Assembly: GCF_947568905.1 (NCBI RefSeq)
Contig: NC_079171.1
Location: 10,230,001 to 10,294,000, forward strand
DNA length: 64,000 nucleotides
Direction of reading: 5' to 3'
DNA from: Ostrea edulis
Lineage: Eukaryota
Below, piece by piece: positions 13,341 through 26,561 of this stretch (positions within the stretch are counted from its first letter, which is position 1; the number at the start of each line of letters is the position of its first letter). The notes under the pieces were generated by a model that was not told the origin of the DNA, did not search any database, and saw only the letters and a program-made list of their open reading frames with translations. A program made the position numbers and the translations under genes.

Positions 13341-13812
13341 TAAAACAGAGGTTTGTTAAAATCATGGCCCCCGGGTGTAGGATAAAGCCACAATAGGGAA
13401 TCAAAGCTTCGCATACAAATATATAGGAAACACTTTAAAATTCTTCTAAAGAACCACCGGACCAGAAAGGTTTACAGTTACAATTAAGCTTCCAGACGTA
13501 GCGCAAATTTAAGTTTCTTCAAAACATATCCCCATGGGTAGGATAGGACTAAACTAGGGCATCCAAGGTTTATATACACATACATAGGGGGATTCTTTAA
13601 AAAATTGTCTTCTGAAATTTCGCTGGGCCAGAAGGTTTACATGCACATGAAAGCTTCCGGGCATACTGCAAATTCAAATTCGTTAAAAGCATACCCCCAA
13701 GGGTGAGATGGGACCACAATAAAAGATAAGAATTTTGCATGCGAATATATAAGGAAAAACTTTAGATATTGACCAATGCAACTCAGGTGAGCGATGTGGC
13801 CAATACTCCACT
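13340..13812 (+). mobile_element. 5'-truncated HINE-type element
   Basis: About 3 satellite units (aaccaccggaccagaaagg, gggaccacaat) and the end actcaggtgagcgatgtggcc. Confidence 0.65.
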
Positions 13813-13944
13813 TTTTGTATCATATAACACCAATGGCATTGATCACATCAATATTGAACCTCTCTTCCATCTTCTCCTCAGTGTATAAGGTGCAGTTCAT
13901 AATGTTTATAAGAAGTAGATTCGATGAAATCTCTATATTGATAT

Positions 13945-14185
13945 GCAGGAATAAGAACGGAACAGTTTAAATTAGCAGTAGATCAGAAAACTTTTGCAGA
14001 TTATTATGTCAGAACAAGAACGGGGCAGTTTAAATTAGCAGTCGACAAGATAAATTCTCTACATTGTTATGTCAGAACAAGAACGGGACAGATTACAATA
14101 GCATCAATAAGATAAATTAACTATATTGTTATATCAGAGAGACAGTGTTAATTAGCAGTCGATAAGACGAATAGTCTACAGTTAA
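13945..14185 (+). repeat. ~63-bp degenerate tandem repeat
   Basis: aattagcagtcgataagataaatt..ttgttatgtcagaacaagaacggg recurs about 4 times. Confidence 0.7.
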
Positions 14186-15764
14186 CTCTGAAATTATCTT
14201 CACTAAATTCATCGCAATTATCGCTTAAACGTCGCATTTTTCTACGAACATTTTCCTATAGATTAAACTTGTTGTTAAAATTCACTATTTGCCATTGTGT
14301 CATCGATAAGATAAATTATCTATATTGTTACATGTTTCATCGACACCAAGCGTACACCTGTGCAGAAGGATACCAGTAATTGCTATATTAGATAAATAAA
14401 ATAACTACTTGATATCAACTGTATTTTTGTTGTTTTTACGTCATAAAAAAATCAGTTTAGCTCTGGCTTCAACACGAACGATGTTTCTTAATTTGGTACA
14501 TTTCAAAGAAAATAAGTATATTATAACATATCACGGAAACCATCTGAAATATACACAACAGAAAAAAAAATTCTGTTTTGGGGAAAAGTACATAAAAAGG
14601 AGGACAATGGGTGATGATTTAGCTGCTATGGATGGAATTATTGTCGACCCTGGTGCAGTTCATAATGCTTCGACTGCAATGGAAATGGCAATGTAATGCA
14701 CTAATTACAGACACTCAGCAATGTTTTTAAATAACTTGGAACATACTGTGTGTATGTCTTGCATGTGTATTTTTTAAAAATGAAGCCTACTTATTGATAA
14801 AACAATGCACATAATGTTAGACAATTTGACAAAAGGAGATGTTTTTACATTATCACAATAACATAAGTTTTGGTAGCGTAGAGAGGCCATATTAAAAAAA
14901 AAAAAAAAAAAAAAAACATTCGTTCTAACAAATTAGCGATTTAGGGCACACGGGGATAAGAAGGGCTTTTTCCACAAATCAGTTTTTAAAATCTTCCCTT
15001 ATTTTGTACATGATATAATTCTTTTTGATCCAGCGGTCCCTCCTTTCTTTTTTGGCTGGTCCCCAGCTCCCCCTTTCCAAAACGATTGATTTTAGTCTTA
15101 TTGTAAAATAATCAAAATAACACAACTTTACAGTAAAACACAATTCTTAAAAAATACATATCATATTGTTTTAAATGTTGATTTCCACGTTGATTTTTTC
15201 ACATTTGTTTTTATTTTGGCCCAATCATACACCCGCCCCTACGTTTTGAAGTGTATCCGAATCTAATTAAAATCAGATCTTACTGGAGTGTAACAGGTAG
15301 AGAAGATCTGATTTCCATGACATTGGATTGACTCGCACTTTCACACTACTAAATGCACATGTATGTGACAATACATGCAAAAGAAAATACATGTAATGGA
15401 ATGGGTTAAAGCTTTAGGTAAAAAAAAAAATTTGCTTGAGCTCCATTCCTCATGCAAACATATGTCTTAACCGTATTCATGTGACGGGGGGGGGGGGGGG
15501 GGGGGTTCTAGCCTAGTTCCAACTTCAAGATTGATCCCGCTGCAGGGATTCCCACTATTATTTCATCTTATTATTTCAGGCGTAGGGATGGGGTTATTCT
15601 ATGGTTTATCGTAATTACCGTCTTCATGTTGATTTAAAATGTTTTGGAACATTTTTGGTATTGACTCTCATTTCAACGTGTGCCCCAATTGAAGTTTAGT
15701 GCTCCCCTACCACCACTTTAGATTCTTGACTACGCCATTGGCGTTACCTTACAGCTAATAACAA

Positions 15765-16045
15765 ATTCCTCCTAACAAATTGGTAACTCGTCCGAAAACA
15801 AATACTAATTTTACTTATTCGTTCGATTGAATTAGTATTTCACCCAAACAACTTCGTCCCAACAATTTTCTAGTTTATCTGAACGAATTAGTAATTGATC
15901 CGAACAATTTACCAATTCGTCCGAAGGAATTGTTAATTCGTCCGAACAAATTTATATTTCGTCCGAACGAATCTTTATTTCATTCGAACGAATTTTGATT
16001 TCGTCTGAAGAAATTGTTAAATCGTCGGAACGAATAGTATCCTTT
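15765..16045 (+). repeat. ~22-bp tandem repeat (TTCGTCCGAACGAATT core), probably the interior of a MITE
   Basis: About 12 degenerate units ending before ctacgccgtcata. Confidence 0.65.
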
Positions 16046-16604
16046 TTAGTTGGCATTTCTACGCCGTCATAATAAGTATTGTAAGTAAAGAAAACATAAC
16101 ACTTAAGTCTAGAAGAATAGTAACTCTTTCTCTCAAGGGTAGCGGTAGTTCAATTAATCGCTAAATTCGTTATAACGCCATACATTCAAAAGGTGGTAGT
16201 TTATCGGGAGTTGACTGCATATTGTTTTGTCAGAACCATGAGAATGGGGCAAATTCAAAGTAGAAGTGCATAAGATGAATTATCTATATAATTTCTTGTT
16301 TTTTATACAGGTGACAATTAATCATATATATCATTTCTTGCTTTTTGTACAGGTGACAATGAATTCTCTCATTTTTTGTTTTTGTTTTACTACAGGTGAC
16401 AATGAATTCTCTCATTTCTTGTTTTTTTCTACAGGTGACAATGCACTCTCTATATAGTTTCTTATTTTTATTTCTGTTTTATTGTTTATCTACAGGTGGC
16501 AATACTTGGATGCAGTGGCATCATAAAATGGGGAAGAAATTATTCATATGTGGTAGTATAAACATTTGTATCTTTAATTCTTAGATATCATGATTTTAGA
16601 ACAA

Positions 16605-17172
16605 TTTTGAAATCACCAGAACTGATAACTCAAGTGAATTTCAGTTACATTTGGTAACAATGATCCTTGGGTGAGGGCTTCCTGACATAGGATACCTTCA
16701 AATTTTTACAAATCATGCCATATCATGGTAGAGTGAGGTAAGTTTAGGGAATCAACGTTTTACATAAGCAAATATAACAAACATCTTTAGACTTAAAATC
16801 TTCTCAAGAATAACAGGGTTTTGAGTAGCAATGTTAATATGATAATACAAGGCTCCCCAGGTAGTGTAGATTCAAGTTTGTTGAAATCCATAACCCCGTG
16901 AATAATGTGGGATACATATAAGAAATGTTTTCTCAAGAACAGAGTCATTATTATATACCATGGCAGAACCTTACATTTCATCCCATGATCGTTGACCTTT
17001 TAACCTTGCATCGCATTTAGGTTGCGACCTTTGGAGGTGGGTTGGGGCCATAATATGGGGTTACAATTTTAAATGGGAAGAACGATTTTGAAAACTCTTT
17101 AAAACAATACCTAAACAACAGCAAGATCAAGGTGACTCAGGTGAGCAACTGTGGCCCAAAGGCCTCTTGTGT
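16605..17172 (+). mobile_element. Partial HINE-type element
   Basis: 166-bp-type units and the 3' terminus ggtgactcaggtgagcaactgtggcccaaaggcctcttgt. Confidence 0.65.
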
Positions 17173-17499
17173 TTTTCCTGGTCAACCATTGCAGTCTTTA
17201 CAAAATTATTTTTTTCAATTTCAGGCAGGTGTATTCATCTACTGTATGAATCAATTGCATCGAACAAAAATAAAAACATCACCAAAAATATAATGATTGT
17301 AATTTTCTGCTTGGACTTGTGAATTATAAACAAGTTTCGTTTATAATTCTTTATAAACTTTACAAGTTCCTGGACATCAGACTCCTGAGACTTTTCAAAG
17401 ATTGCTCTTAAATTGTAACTCTTTCTGCTGAATATGTTTCAATACAGTAACCGCATCACATACTAGTATATGATGAACTGTGCATTTTTATTTCCACAG

Positions 17500-17566
17500 G
17501 TGATAACAGCTAGATATATCAGCATCACAAAGACAGAAGAACAGAAAACGGGTGCTGGTAACAGTT
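17500..17566 (+). other. Probable 67-nt exon
   Basis: tgcattttta tttccacag|GTGATAAC...AACAGTT|gtaagt has strong acceptor and donor sites. One frame is open (VITARYISITKTEEQKTGAGNS). Confidence 0.5.
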
Positions 17567-17690
17567 GTAAGTAACATTGATATCAAAATATTTTGATCTC
17601 AAAACAGGTTTAATCTGCTTAAACTCACAGCTGAGTTTTTTTTTTTGTGATCTCAGAACAGGTTAAATATGTTTAAACTCACAACTGAGT

Positions 17691-19137
17691 TTTTATACGC
17701 CCTTCATTAGACGGGACATATTATGTTATGGCGCTGTCAATGGATCTGTCTGACTGACTGTCCATCCGTCCGAGGTCATGTTGTCTTGACTTTTTCCCGT
17801 AATGAATGCATGTACAAATTTCAAATTTGGTTCGCATTTCAGCTGGATTGGTCCATCCTTGACCAACTTTAGGGCTATAAGTAGATCAAATAGTTTTCCA
17901 GACTTTTTTCACTACGGATATAGATATTACCCTGATCTTTAGTTTAAGGCTTCCTCTAGGAGGAATACAAGTGTAGTTTGTATTTCAGCTAGATTGGTTC
18001 ATCCTTGATCTACTTTTGAGCAAAATTAGGTCGAATGGTTTTCTAAACCTGTTTTGCATTACGGATACAGATATTGTCCTGATATTTAGTCAAAAGATTC
18101 CTCTTGGAGGAAGACAAGTGCAGTTAACATTTTAGCAGGACTGGTCCATCCTTAACCCACTTTTTTGTGAGGATAAAATAGGTCAAACAGTTTTCCGATC
18201 TGTTTTTATTCATTACAAATACAAATATTGAAATGAAATTTAGTCATAGGCTTTCTCTGGGAGAAATACAAGTTGAGTTTGTATTTCAGCTGGATTGGTC
18301 CATCCTTGACCTACTTTTGGGCAAAAGTAGGTCAAACAGTTTTCCAAACGTGTTTGTCATTACAAAAACAGCTATTGCCCTGATATTTAGTCAAAAGCTT
18401 CCTTTCCAAGGAAGACAAGTGTAGTTAACATTTCAGGTTGATTGGTCCATCCTTGACCTACTGTTGGGGGGGATAGGTCAACATTTTTCTGATCTTTTTT
18501 GTTCATTACAAATACAGATATTGCAATGCAATTTAGTAATAGGCTTACCCTGGGGGAAATACAAGCTCAGTTTGCATTTCAGCTGGATTGGTCCATCCTT
18601 GACTTACTTTGGGCAAAATTAGTCATGCAGCTTTCCAAACTTGTTTTTCATTACGGATACAGATATTGCCCTGATATTTAGTCTAAAGCTTCCTCTCGGA
18701 GGAAGACAAGTGCAGTTAACATTTCAGCTGAATTAGTCCATCCTAGACCTACATTTTTTAGGGGTTTGACATGACCACATATATTGCTTTCCAATTTAGT
18801 AACAACCTCCCTCTCAAAGAAATACATAATCAATTCACATTTCACTATTTTTTACTAAATTGGTGCACCATGACCTATTTTAGGGCTAAAGGTAGATCAA
18901 ATGGTTTCCAGGACTTTTTTACCATCATAGATAGATATTGCACCGATATTTTGTCACAACCTCACTCTAAGAGAAATACATAATCGGTTCAAATGTTAAA
19001 TGGATCGGAACACCATGACTCACTTTAAGGCTTTTCTATTCAGAATGTTTGTTGTATCAATCCAGAATGCACAATATGCTTCCAGGTTCAATTTCACTGT
19101 CCGATGGGCGTAAATAGTACCGATTGCAGTGCCCTTT
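17691..19137 (+). mobile_element. Second HINE-like family with ~147-bp satellite array (7 units)
   Basis: ttttatacgccc..gacgggacatattatg head, (GACT/GTCC) microsatellite, and a CAGCTGGATTGGTCCATCCTTGACC motif recurring at 17840, 17986, 18133, 18287, 18434, 18580 and 18725. Confidence 0.75.
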
Positions 19138-20508
19138 TTATGATTTCAGTAAAGGTTGGAGCTTATAGCTGAGTTTTTCGGATCAAAGTATGTCATACTT
19201 GTCTTCTATCAACTATTCACATTTTTACTAATCACCAGACTAATGTCAATTAGAAATTCTAAATGATCTTTTTTCAATATTGTCACACATTTGGAATATT
19301 CATATAAGGTGATTCATGAGATGGCACTAAAACAATCAGAGGAGGTGATCACTGTTTACCAAGCAAATCGTTCCCTAAGATCTGAAAATTCACTGACATT
19401 AGTTAGACCTAGATGTTGAGCCTCCACATATGTGAACAGGCTCTTGGATGTGGCAGCAGCTTATAACTTCCGTCGTTGTAAGACTTCTTAAAAACATTAA
19501 AAAACACATCTTTTTAGACTTGCATATTAATATTATGACAGGTGGTTAAATCTTTATGGTTTCTTTATTATAATTTTAACATTACTTTTTTTTCAAGTGT
19601 ATACGTTTATATTTATTTTAAGTATTGTATTTCATATAATTTATTTGTACGGCGTGTAACATTCTTCATGCACACCATGTTTTAGATTTTAGTAATTTTA
19701 CTTCACATTATTGATGTTTTGCGAGCATTGTTTCGATATCATCTGTCTTAATGTTATTATAATTTCCTTTTACTACTTTTATAGCAGTTTGTATCATTTT
19801 AGTGTGTGCAGCACTTTAGAGTGGTTATGTATAGGCATGTATGGCGCTACATCAATCATTATTATTATCATCATCATTATTGGTGAAAGAAACTAACTCT
19901 AATAAACGTTAAACCTCACTCCACATTGACTTAAACTCTGACAAACATTCACATCACTCCACATTGACTCAAACCCAAACAAACATTACCTCAAACTCTT
20001 ACATCGTACATCACTCCACATTGACTAAAACTGTAACACACATTGTACATCATTTCACATTAACTCGAACTCCAACACACATTTAACATGACTCCTTATT
20101 GACTCAAACCCAAACAAACATTGCCTCAAACTCTAACATTGTACATCACTCCACATTGACTAAAACTGTAACACACATTGTACATCATTCCACATTAACT
20201 GAAACGCTAACAAACATTTAGCATCACTCCCATTGAAACTCATTCCACATTGAATCAAACTCTAACAAACATTATACATCACTCAACATTGAATCAAACA
20301 CTAATAAACATGGTACATCACACCACAATTACTTTAACTTGAATAGAAAACAAAATGTACATCACTACATATTAATTACAACTCTGACAAACATTATTCA
20401 TCACTCAACATTGACACAAACTCTAAGAAACATTTTACATCACTTCATACTGACACAAACTCCGACAAACATTGTACATCGCTCCATATTGCCTCAAACA
20501 CTAATATA

Positions 20509-22009
20509 TACTAGCAAAAAAAAAAAAAAAAAAAAGAAACTGTGCATTATCTAATATATGAAATAAAATAAAAAAAATAACAATAAACATTTTTTTTTTG
20601 TAATACTTTATCAAATGTATTCGTTACAACATTTCATAATCCATTAATGTTAACGTCGAATACCGTTAATTTCAGCATACTCGAAAGACACTGGTATTCG
20701 AACTTGAATTAACAAAGTTAATAACGAGTGTGACCACCATTTGCATTCACTAATGATTGACAACAGCGCCTCATTGATGCCACTAAAGTGTTCAGAAATG
20801 CTTGAGGGATGTTGTTCCAGATGTTGGTTAAAGCCTGGCATAAATCAGCCGATTTGGTAAACGGCGTAGACGTCGTTCCATTTCATCCCAGACGTGTTCA
20901 ATCGGCAATAAATCGGGGAAATCAGCTGGTCAAGGCAAGACATCGATATTATGTTGAACAAAAAAGTTCCTGATTACACGTGCAACATGTGGCCTTGCGT
21001 TGTCTTGCTGCAGAGTGATGTAATTTTGCTGTCTCTCTATGAAGAGTATCACATGGCGCTGAATAATTTCGTCTCCATAACGTACGCCGGTGAGATTTCC
21101 ATTGGGAATTTGTAGAGGGGCCCTTCCACGTGCTGTTATTTCACCCCACACTACCTCCACCGAACTGTCGACGTTGCATAACACAAGCATCCTGGTACCG
21201 CTCCCCAACGCGGCGATACATTCTATAACGGCCGTCACTGCTATTCAAATGAAATCTGGATTCATCAGTGAACAGACTATTGGCCCAGTCTTGTATTCTG
21301 AATCGCATATGTCGTCTGCACCACGTTAGTCTAGTGATACGATGACGTTGAAGCGGTATTGGGCCCATCGCGGGACGTCTTGGTATGATGTTGTGCTCGC
21401 GCAGACGATTACGCACAGTTCTTGGACTGATTGGTCGAAGTCCAGGAATGCCACGAGCAGTCAAACTTGCTGTCTGGAAACGATTTCTCAGGTACACAAG
21501 TGTAATGTGGTTGTCCTGTCGACGCGAAGTCACACGAGGACGTCCAGAACGTGGTCGATCCCGAGTGTTACCAGATTGTTGGAAACGTCTCCATAACGAA
21601 TGGATGGTGTTCCGATGAACTCCAAAGTGTCTTGCTACGATATATGTGCAATTCAAGCTTGAAGCATTCCAACAGCACGATTACGTTGGTTTTCCCTAAG
21701 TCGTTGCATGACAGACGAGTACATTTTGTCATTTTTAAAGTGCTTTCCTTAACGAATAGTGTCCAAATAAACCCTTTACACTTCTTACTCCAAACAGTAT
21801 TGGCCGGTAAAAATCGTGCGTACGAACACTTCTATAAACAACATGTGCTCACTAACCATGAAAAAGTCCGTGCATCTGAGTCGGGTACTATCCGATATTG
21901 TTAAAAACATCACCTTTATTGATTGTTTAGATTTTATAAATATAAACAGTAAGTATAGAAAAAGGTTATACTATATTTTATATGCACAGTTTCTTTTTTT
22001 CCGCTATTA
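20509..22009 (-). mobile_element. Tc1-family DNA transposon, non-functional, TA target duplication
   Basis: Terminal inverted repeats TA|TACTAGCAAAA..GAAACTGTGCAT and ATGCACAGTTTCTTTTTTTCCGCTATTA|TA. The minisatellite phase rejoins across the insertion. Confidence 0.9.
20700..21709 (-). pseudogene. Tc1 transposase pseudogene (DD34E)
   Basis: HTH region VARHFGVHRNTI..RPRSGRPRVTS, then LFTDESRFHL and QQDNARPH...P*PADFPDLLPIEHVWD with 34 residues between D and E. At least two frameshifts and in-frame stops. Confidence 0.9.
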
Positions 22010-24229
22010 TACATTATACATCACTCCACATTGAATCAAACTCTAACAACAATTGTTAATCACTCCACATTTACTTTAACTTTAACAAACATTGTACATC
22101 ACTCCACATTGACTTCAAGTCTAACAAACGTTGAACCTCACTCCACATTGACCCAAACTCTCAAAATTATATTGCATCACTTAACATTGACTTAAACCCA
22201 AACAAACATTACCCGAAACTCTAACATTGTGCATTACTCCACGTTAACTCAAACTGTTAAAACATTGTACATCACTCTACATTGACCCAAACTTTTGCAA
22301 CCATTATATAACACTCCATATTGACTCAAACACTAACAAACATTGCACATCACTACACATTGACGCAAACTATGACAAATATTGTATATCACTCCATAAT
22401 GACTCAAACTTTAAACATTGTCCAGCATACCTCATTGATCCAAACTATAACACACATTGTTTATTATTCAATATTGACCCAAACTCTAACATACACTATA
22501 CATTACTCAACATTGACTTAAACTCTGACAAACATTATACATCACTCCACATTGACTCAAACCAAAATAGACATTTCCTCAAACTCTAACATTGTACATC
22601 ACTATACATTGACTTAAACTCTGACAAACATTGTACATAACTCCACATTGAATCAAACTCTAACAAACAATGTTTATCATTCCACATTGACTAAAACTGT
22701 GACAAATATTGTATATCACTCCACATTGACTCAAACCCAAACAAACATAATCGCAAACTCTAACATTGTATATCAGTTCACATTGACTCAAACTGTAACA
22801 AACATAGTACATCATTCGATATTAACTCAAACTCTAACAAACATTCTGCATCCTTCCATATCGACTCAAACACTTTCATACATTATACAACACTCCATAC
22901 AGGATCAAACTCTAATTACCATTGTACATTAATCCCCATTTATTTCAACTCTAACAAACATTGTAAAAGAACTCCACATTGATTTAAATTACAAACATTG
23001 CACATCATTCCACATTAACTCAAACGCTAAGAAACATTTTACATCACTCCACATTGACTTAAAGCCAAATAAACATTACCTCAAACTCTAGCATTGTTCA
23101 TCACTCTAGCTCTGACATTGCAAAACACTCCATATTGACTCAAACTCTTTAAAAAAACATCGTTCATCAATCCACATTGATTCAAACTAAACAAAACAAT
23201 ACACATCACTCTATATTGGATCAAACCCTAACAGCCACTGCACGTCACTCCGCATTGACAAAAACTCTTAACAGAGTACCCCTTCCATATTGGCTCAAAC
23301 GCTAATAAACACTGAACGTCACTCCACTTTGACAAAGAGTCTTAACAATGTACATCATTCCACATTAACTCAAATAAACATTGTATTTATGTTGAGAGTT
23401 GAGAACACATTAACAAGGGATGCTTACTCCTCCTAGGCACCTGATCCCACCTCTGGTGTGTCCAGGGGTCCGTGTTTGCCGAACTATCTATTGTGTATTG
23501 CTTATAGGATTTATCAGATTGATCACTGTTCGTTATCTTCACCTTGCATTATAGAATTATGAAATTACTATCAATTTCTATAACTTTAGACAAAACCCCC
23601 AGGACATTTGTGTGAAAGAGAAACAGAAGACAAAAGCGGAGTGGTATTATAAAAGTTTCTTCATTACATGTATATTTGACCAGTATTTACGAACTCGATA
23701 TTAATGACATGGATCGTTTAAAGAATATCAATATCTTATCACAACTTAATTTGTTAATTTTAGTTTACCTGATTCACTCTGATGACCTATTGCTATTGTT
23801 TTCCGTATATTGTCGTGTGTCATATGCTACAAATAAAAAAATGTATGAAGCATTCTTGGGACAAATGGGGAAAAAGTTGCACTATTTCATTTTAAATCAT
23901 TCTTTTTACTCCTAACCGTCAATCACACTTGTCAGATAGTGATACTGTTTTGATTTCTTTATTTGTTCCATGTCTCTTTTAAAAAAATTGCCATTCATGC
24001 TGAGACATTAGCAACTGCAAATGAAGTACCACAAACTTAGTACTATGATAAGTGCTCAGTACTGTGGCGGTGGGTTTTTTTTAACATACCGATGCATGTT
24101 GCAACACAGAATATCATGCTTTTAAGTTCATATCTGAAAATGGGAATAACTCTTACTTCTCAAGTGTGTTTAACAAAAGAGCAATCACTACTTATTTTTG
24201 CACTTTCAGTTTATAATGGTTATGGCACA

Positions 24230-24320
24230 GGTGTACGAGCGAGACTCAAACTCACGACCTCCCTGTCACGCTCTGGTCTCCCGGTCACAAAGCGACCACT
24301 GAGCTACCGTGACTGTTGAT
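24230..24320 (-). repeat. Isolated degenerate tRNA-like SINE head
   Basis: rc GGTAGCTCAGTGG ... GGTCGTGAGTTTGAGTCTC (A box and B box), with an insertion between them. Confidence 0.45.
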
Positions 24321-25540
24321 ATTGAGGAGTGAATCTTCCACCATTCATACTCTTGGGTCAGGGACTTGGGTATTAGGGCAGGACTTCATCGCTTGTATAT
24401 TAAATATGCAGTGTTACTTCAATGTTATTGTTGACATAATGCCTCAGGCAACAAACAACGTAGTATAAAAAATACTTATAAATTTTAAAATCGTGTTTTA
24501 CCTTTCAAACTAAACATTGAGCATACAAAATGAAGTTCAGAGCATTGACCCCTGCAGATTAGGTTTAGATGGTATATAAATACCACCGTGTCTGTCTACA
24601 CATCTATCTTATGTCCGTCCCTCCCACTTTGTATCAAGTGGACAACTTTGTAATAAGAAAAAACAATATAAAATCATACTTATGACAAACATGGCTTTTG
24701 AACAGATATCTAATAATTGTTAACTAATTCTGAAGTTCATCTGGTTCTTCGTGTTTAAAAGAATCCCTCATCAACAGACAACACGTACCTATATACATGT
24801 ATGATAATCAGGTTGCTGTTAATGCCTATGCGCCTCTTCTTAATTTGAAGTTTGAATTTCAATGCAGTTCTTGATTGCCAAGTGAGCATGGTCAGGGATT
24901 TTTTTCTAAAAAATGTTTCATTTAGATCAAAGTGAATTTATCACCATAGTGATATTGAAATAAATGTGACTCCTTGATGTTTTCAGGTTCACACAGGACT
25001 CCCATGAGGTCCTGCATTACTGAGAAAAGATAGTTATATTAAAAAAGCTAATGGTTTCTTTATACACACCCACACAGAATTGTGTCTGGATTTGGATGTC
25101 AATTAAACTAACTGTTTTTGGTCTGACTGTTCGCAAGTCACTTTAACCTTTAAATAATGAAATACGAGGGTTGTCCCAAAAAAGTCATACACAATGTTAA
25201 TAACCCGTTTATTTGTTATTAGCTAATTTGTTAGTTGTAGCTTCTACAAATAACGTATGTAACACTCTCAATGAAACATAGTACAGTTTTGTACGAATAT
25301 GATGTGGATCATAAATTATGATATATTTGTACAAAGGTGCCAAGGGCAAACAAAGTACAAATATTGATCACAACCCACCCATTTCTTAAAATTATTGCTA
25401 GATTGATCCCTAAAAACAAGCCTTAACTATGTATAAATTTACTTATGTCAATATATGTCGATAAGAACACCGAAACGTAAGACTTTTTAACATTTTTCAC
25501 GAACATTCCACACCATGAATTAAAGACTACACTTTTGACA

Positions 25541-25805
25541 TAATAGACAGTTGCTTCTTCAACAAAAATGTGAAAAAAGGATATATTCATATCTAGTGGT
25601 AAATTATCGCAAAAAGATACTTTGTTTAACATCACTCTGATTCCAACCACAAGTACTCTGAAGTTGAAATAAAAGATATGCTGGAGTTTCTCACTGACAA
25701 TGTATTCATGGATTTTTGTGATCAGGTCTTCCAACAGTCTCTTGGAATTTCCATGGACACAAATTGTGCTCTTTTGTTAGATGACCTGGTTTTATATTCT
25801 TATGA
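25541..25805 (+). mobile_element. Short Penelope-like RT fragment with the same 5' breakpoint and upstream flank as the 9361 copy
   Basis: gacagttgcttcttcaacaaaaatg...ttatattcttatgaa aligns with 9361-9622. Confidence 0.75.
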
Positions 25806-26561
25806 ATCTTTAATTTAAAAGCATAATTTTGGAGTTTTGTTTACAAAGTTTCATCATAATATCTTTTTTATAATGACGTAGAACGCAAATAAAAAAAATG
25901 ATCAAAACTGTCGACGCACAAACTTCATCTTCATTCATTACATGACGTTATTTACTTTCAGGATTTTGCGGTTATTATTTTCTTTTTGATGGCCTTCCCA
26001 TTTTCGGTTCTTATGTCATTCCCTTCACAAATATCCTGTGTCATTCAAACAATAATGTCCCGCTAACATTTTGTTGATCGGATGTGCTTTCCATCTCGTG
26101 TTTCTTTTAGTTGGGGGTGAAACAATGGCATACATAATATTTTCTCGTGCGCAAAGAATGGCGTTGACGTCGTCATATGGCGCAAATTTCATTACAGGTA
26201 CCTTTATAAATGGCATCATTTCTCTGCCGTTTATGACGCCCTGTGGTTATCAAACCAGTATAATACGAAAGATAACTGATTCCATATAAATTTGAATGCG
26301 ATCAATTTAATATGAAAATAGTTGCTTTCATCTAAATTAGTGGTACAAAGAAAATGGCTACTTATTTTTGTACGTGCGACAACAATGCAGATGTATATCT
26401 TTTTAGAGTAAGTAAAAGTTTTCTCATGTAAAAACAATTTTTTGGATTTGATGCTTATTTTTTTAAAATTATTAACATTTTCTACGACATTTTGGGGCAA
26501 CACTCGTATGTATTAGATTACATCATGTTCACTTTGAGAAATAATTGAATAAGAGAACTTG

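Larger units (their letters stand above)
19890..23390 (+). repeat. ~40-bp minisatellite (ACATTGTACATCACTCCACATTGACTCAAACTCTAACAA), split by the Tc1 insertion
   Basis: Dozens of degenerate units at 19890-20505 and 22012-23390. They explain the spurious T/H/I-rich ORFs. Confidence 0.9.

Noticed and set aside
14607-14696. Short ORF MGDDLAAMDGIIVDPGAVHNASTAMEMAM
   Set aside because: About 30 codons with no splice signals or recognisable motif; insufficient support.
21342-21904. Plus-strand ORFs overlapping the transposase
   Set aside because: Antisense shadows of a GC-richer coding sequence with no recognisable motifs.
22321-22932. Thr/His/Ile-rich ORFs
   Set aside because: Translations of the 40-bp minisatellite.
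19890-23390. CRISPR-like array
   Set aside because: Units are contiguous degenerate tandem repeats without unique spacers, there are no cas genes, and the context is eukaryotic.
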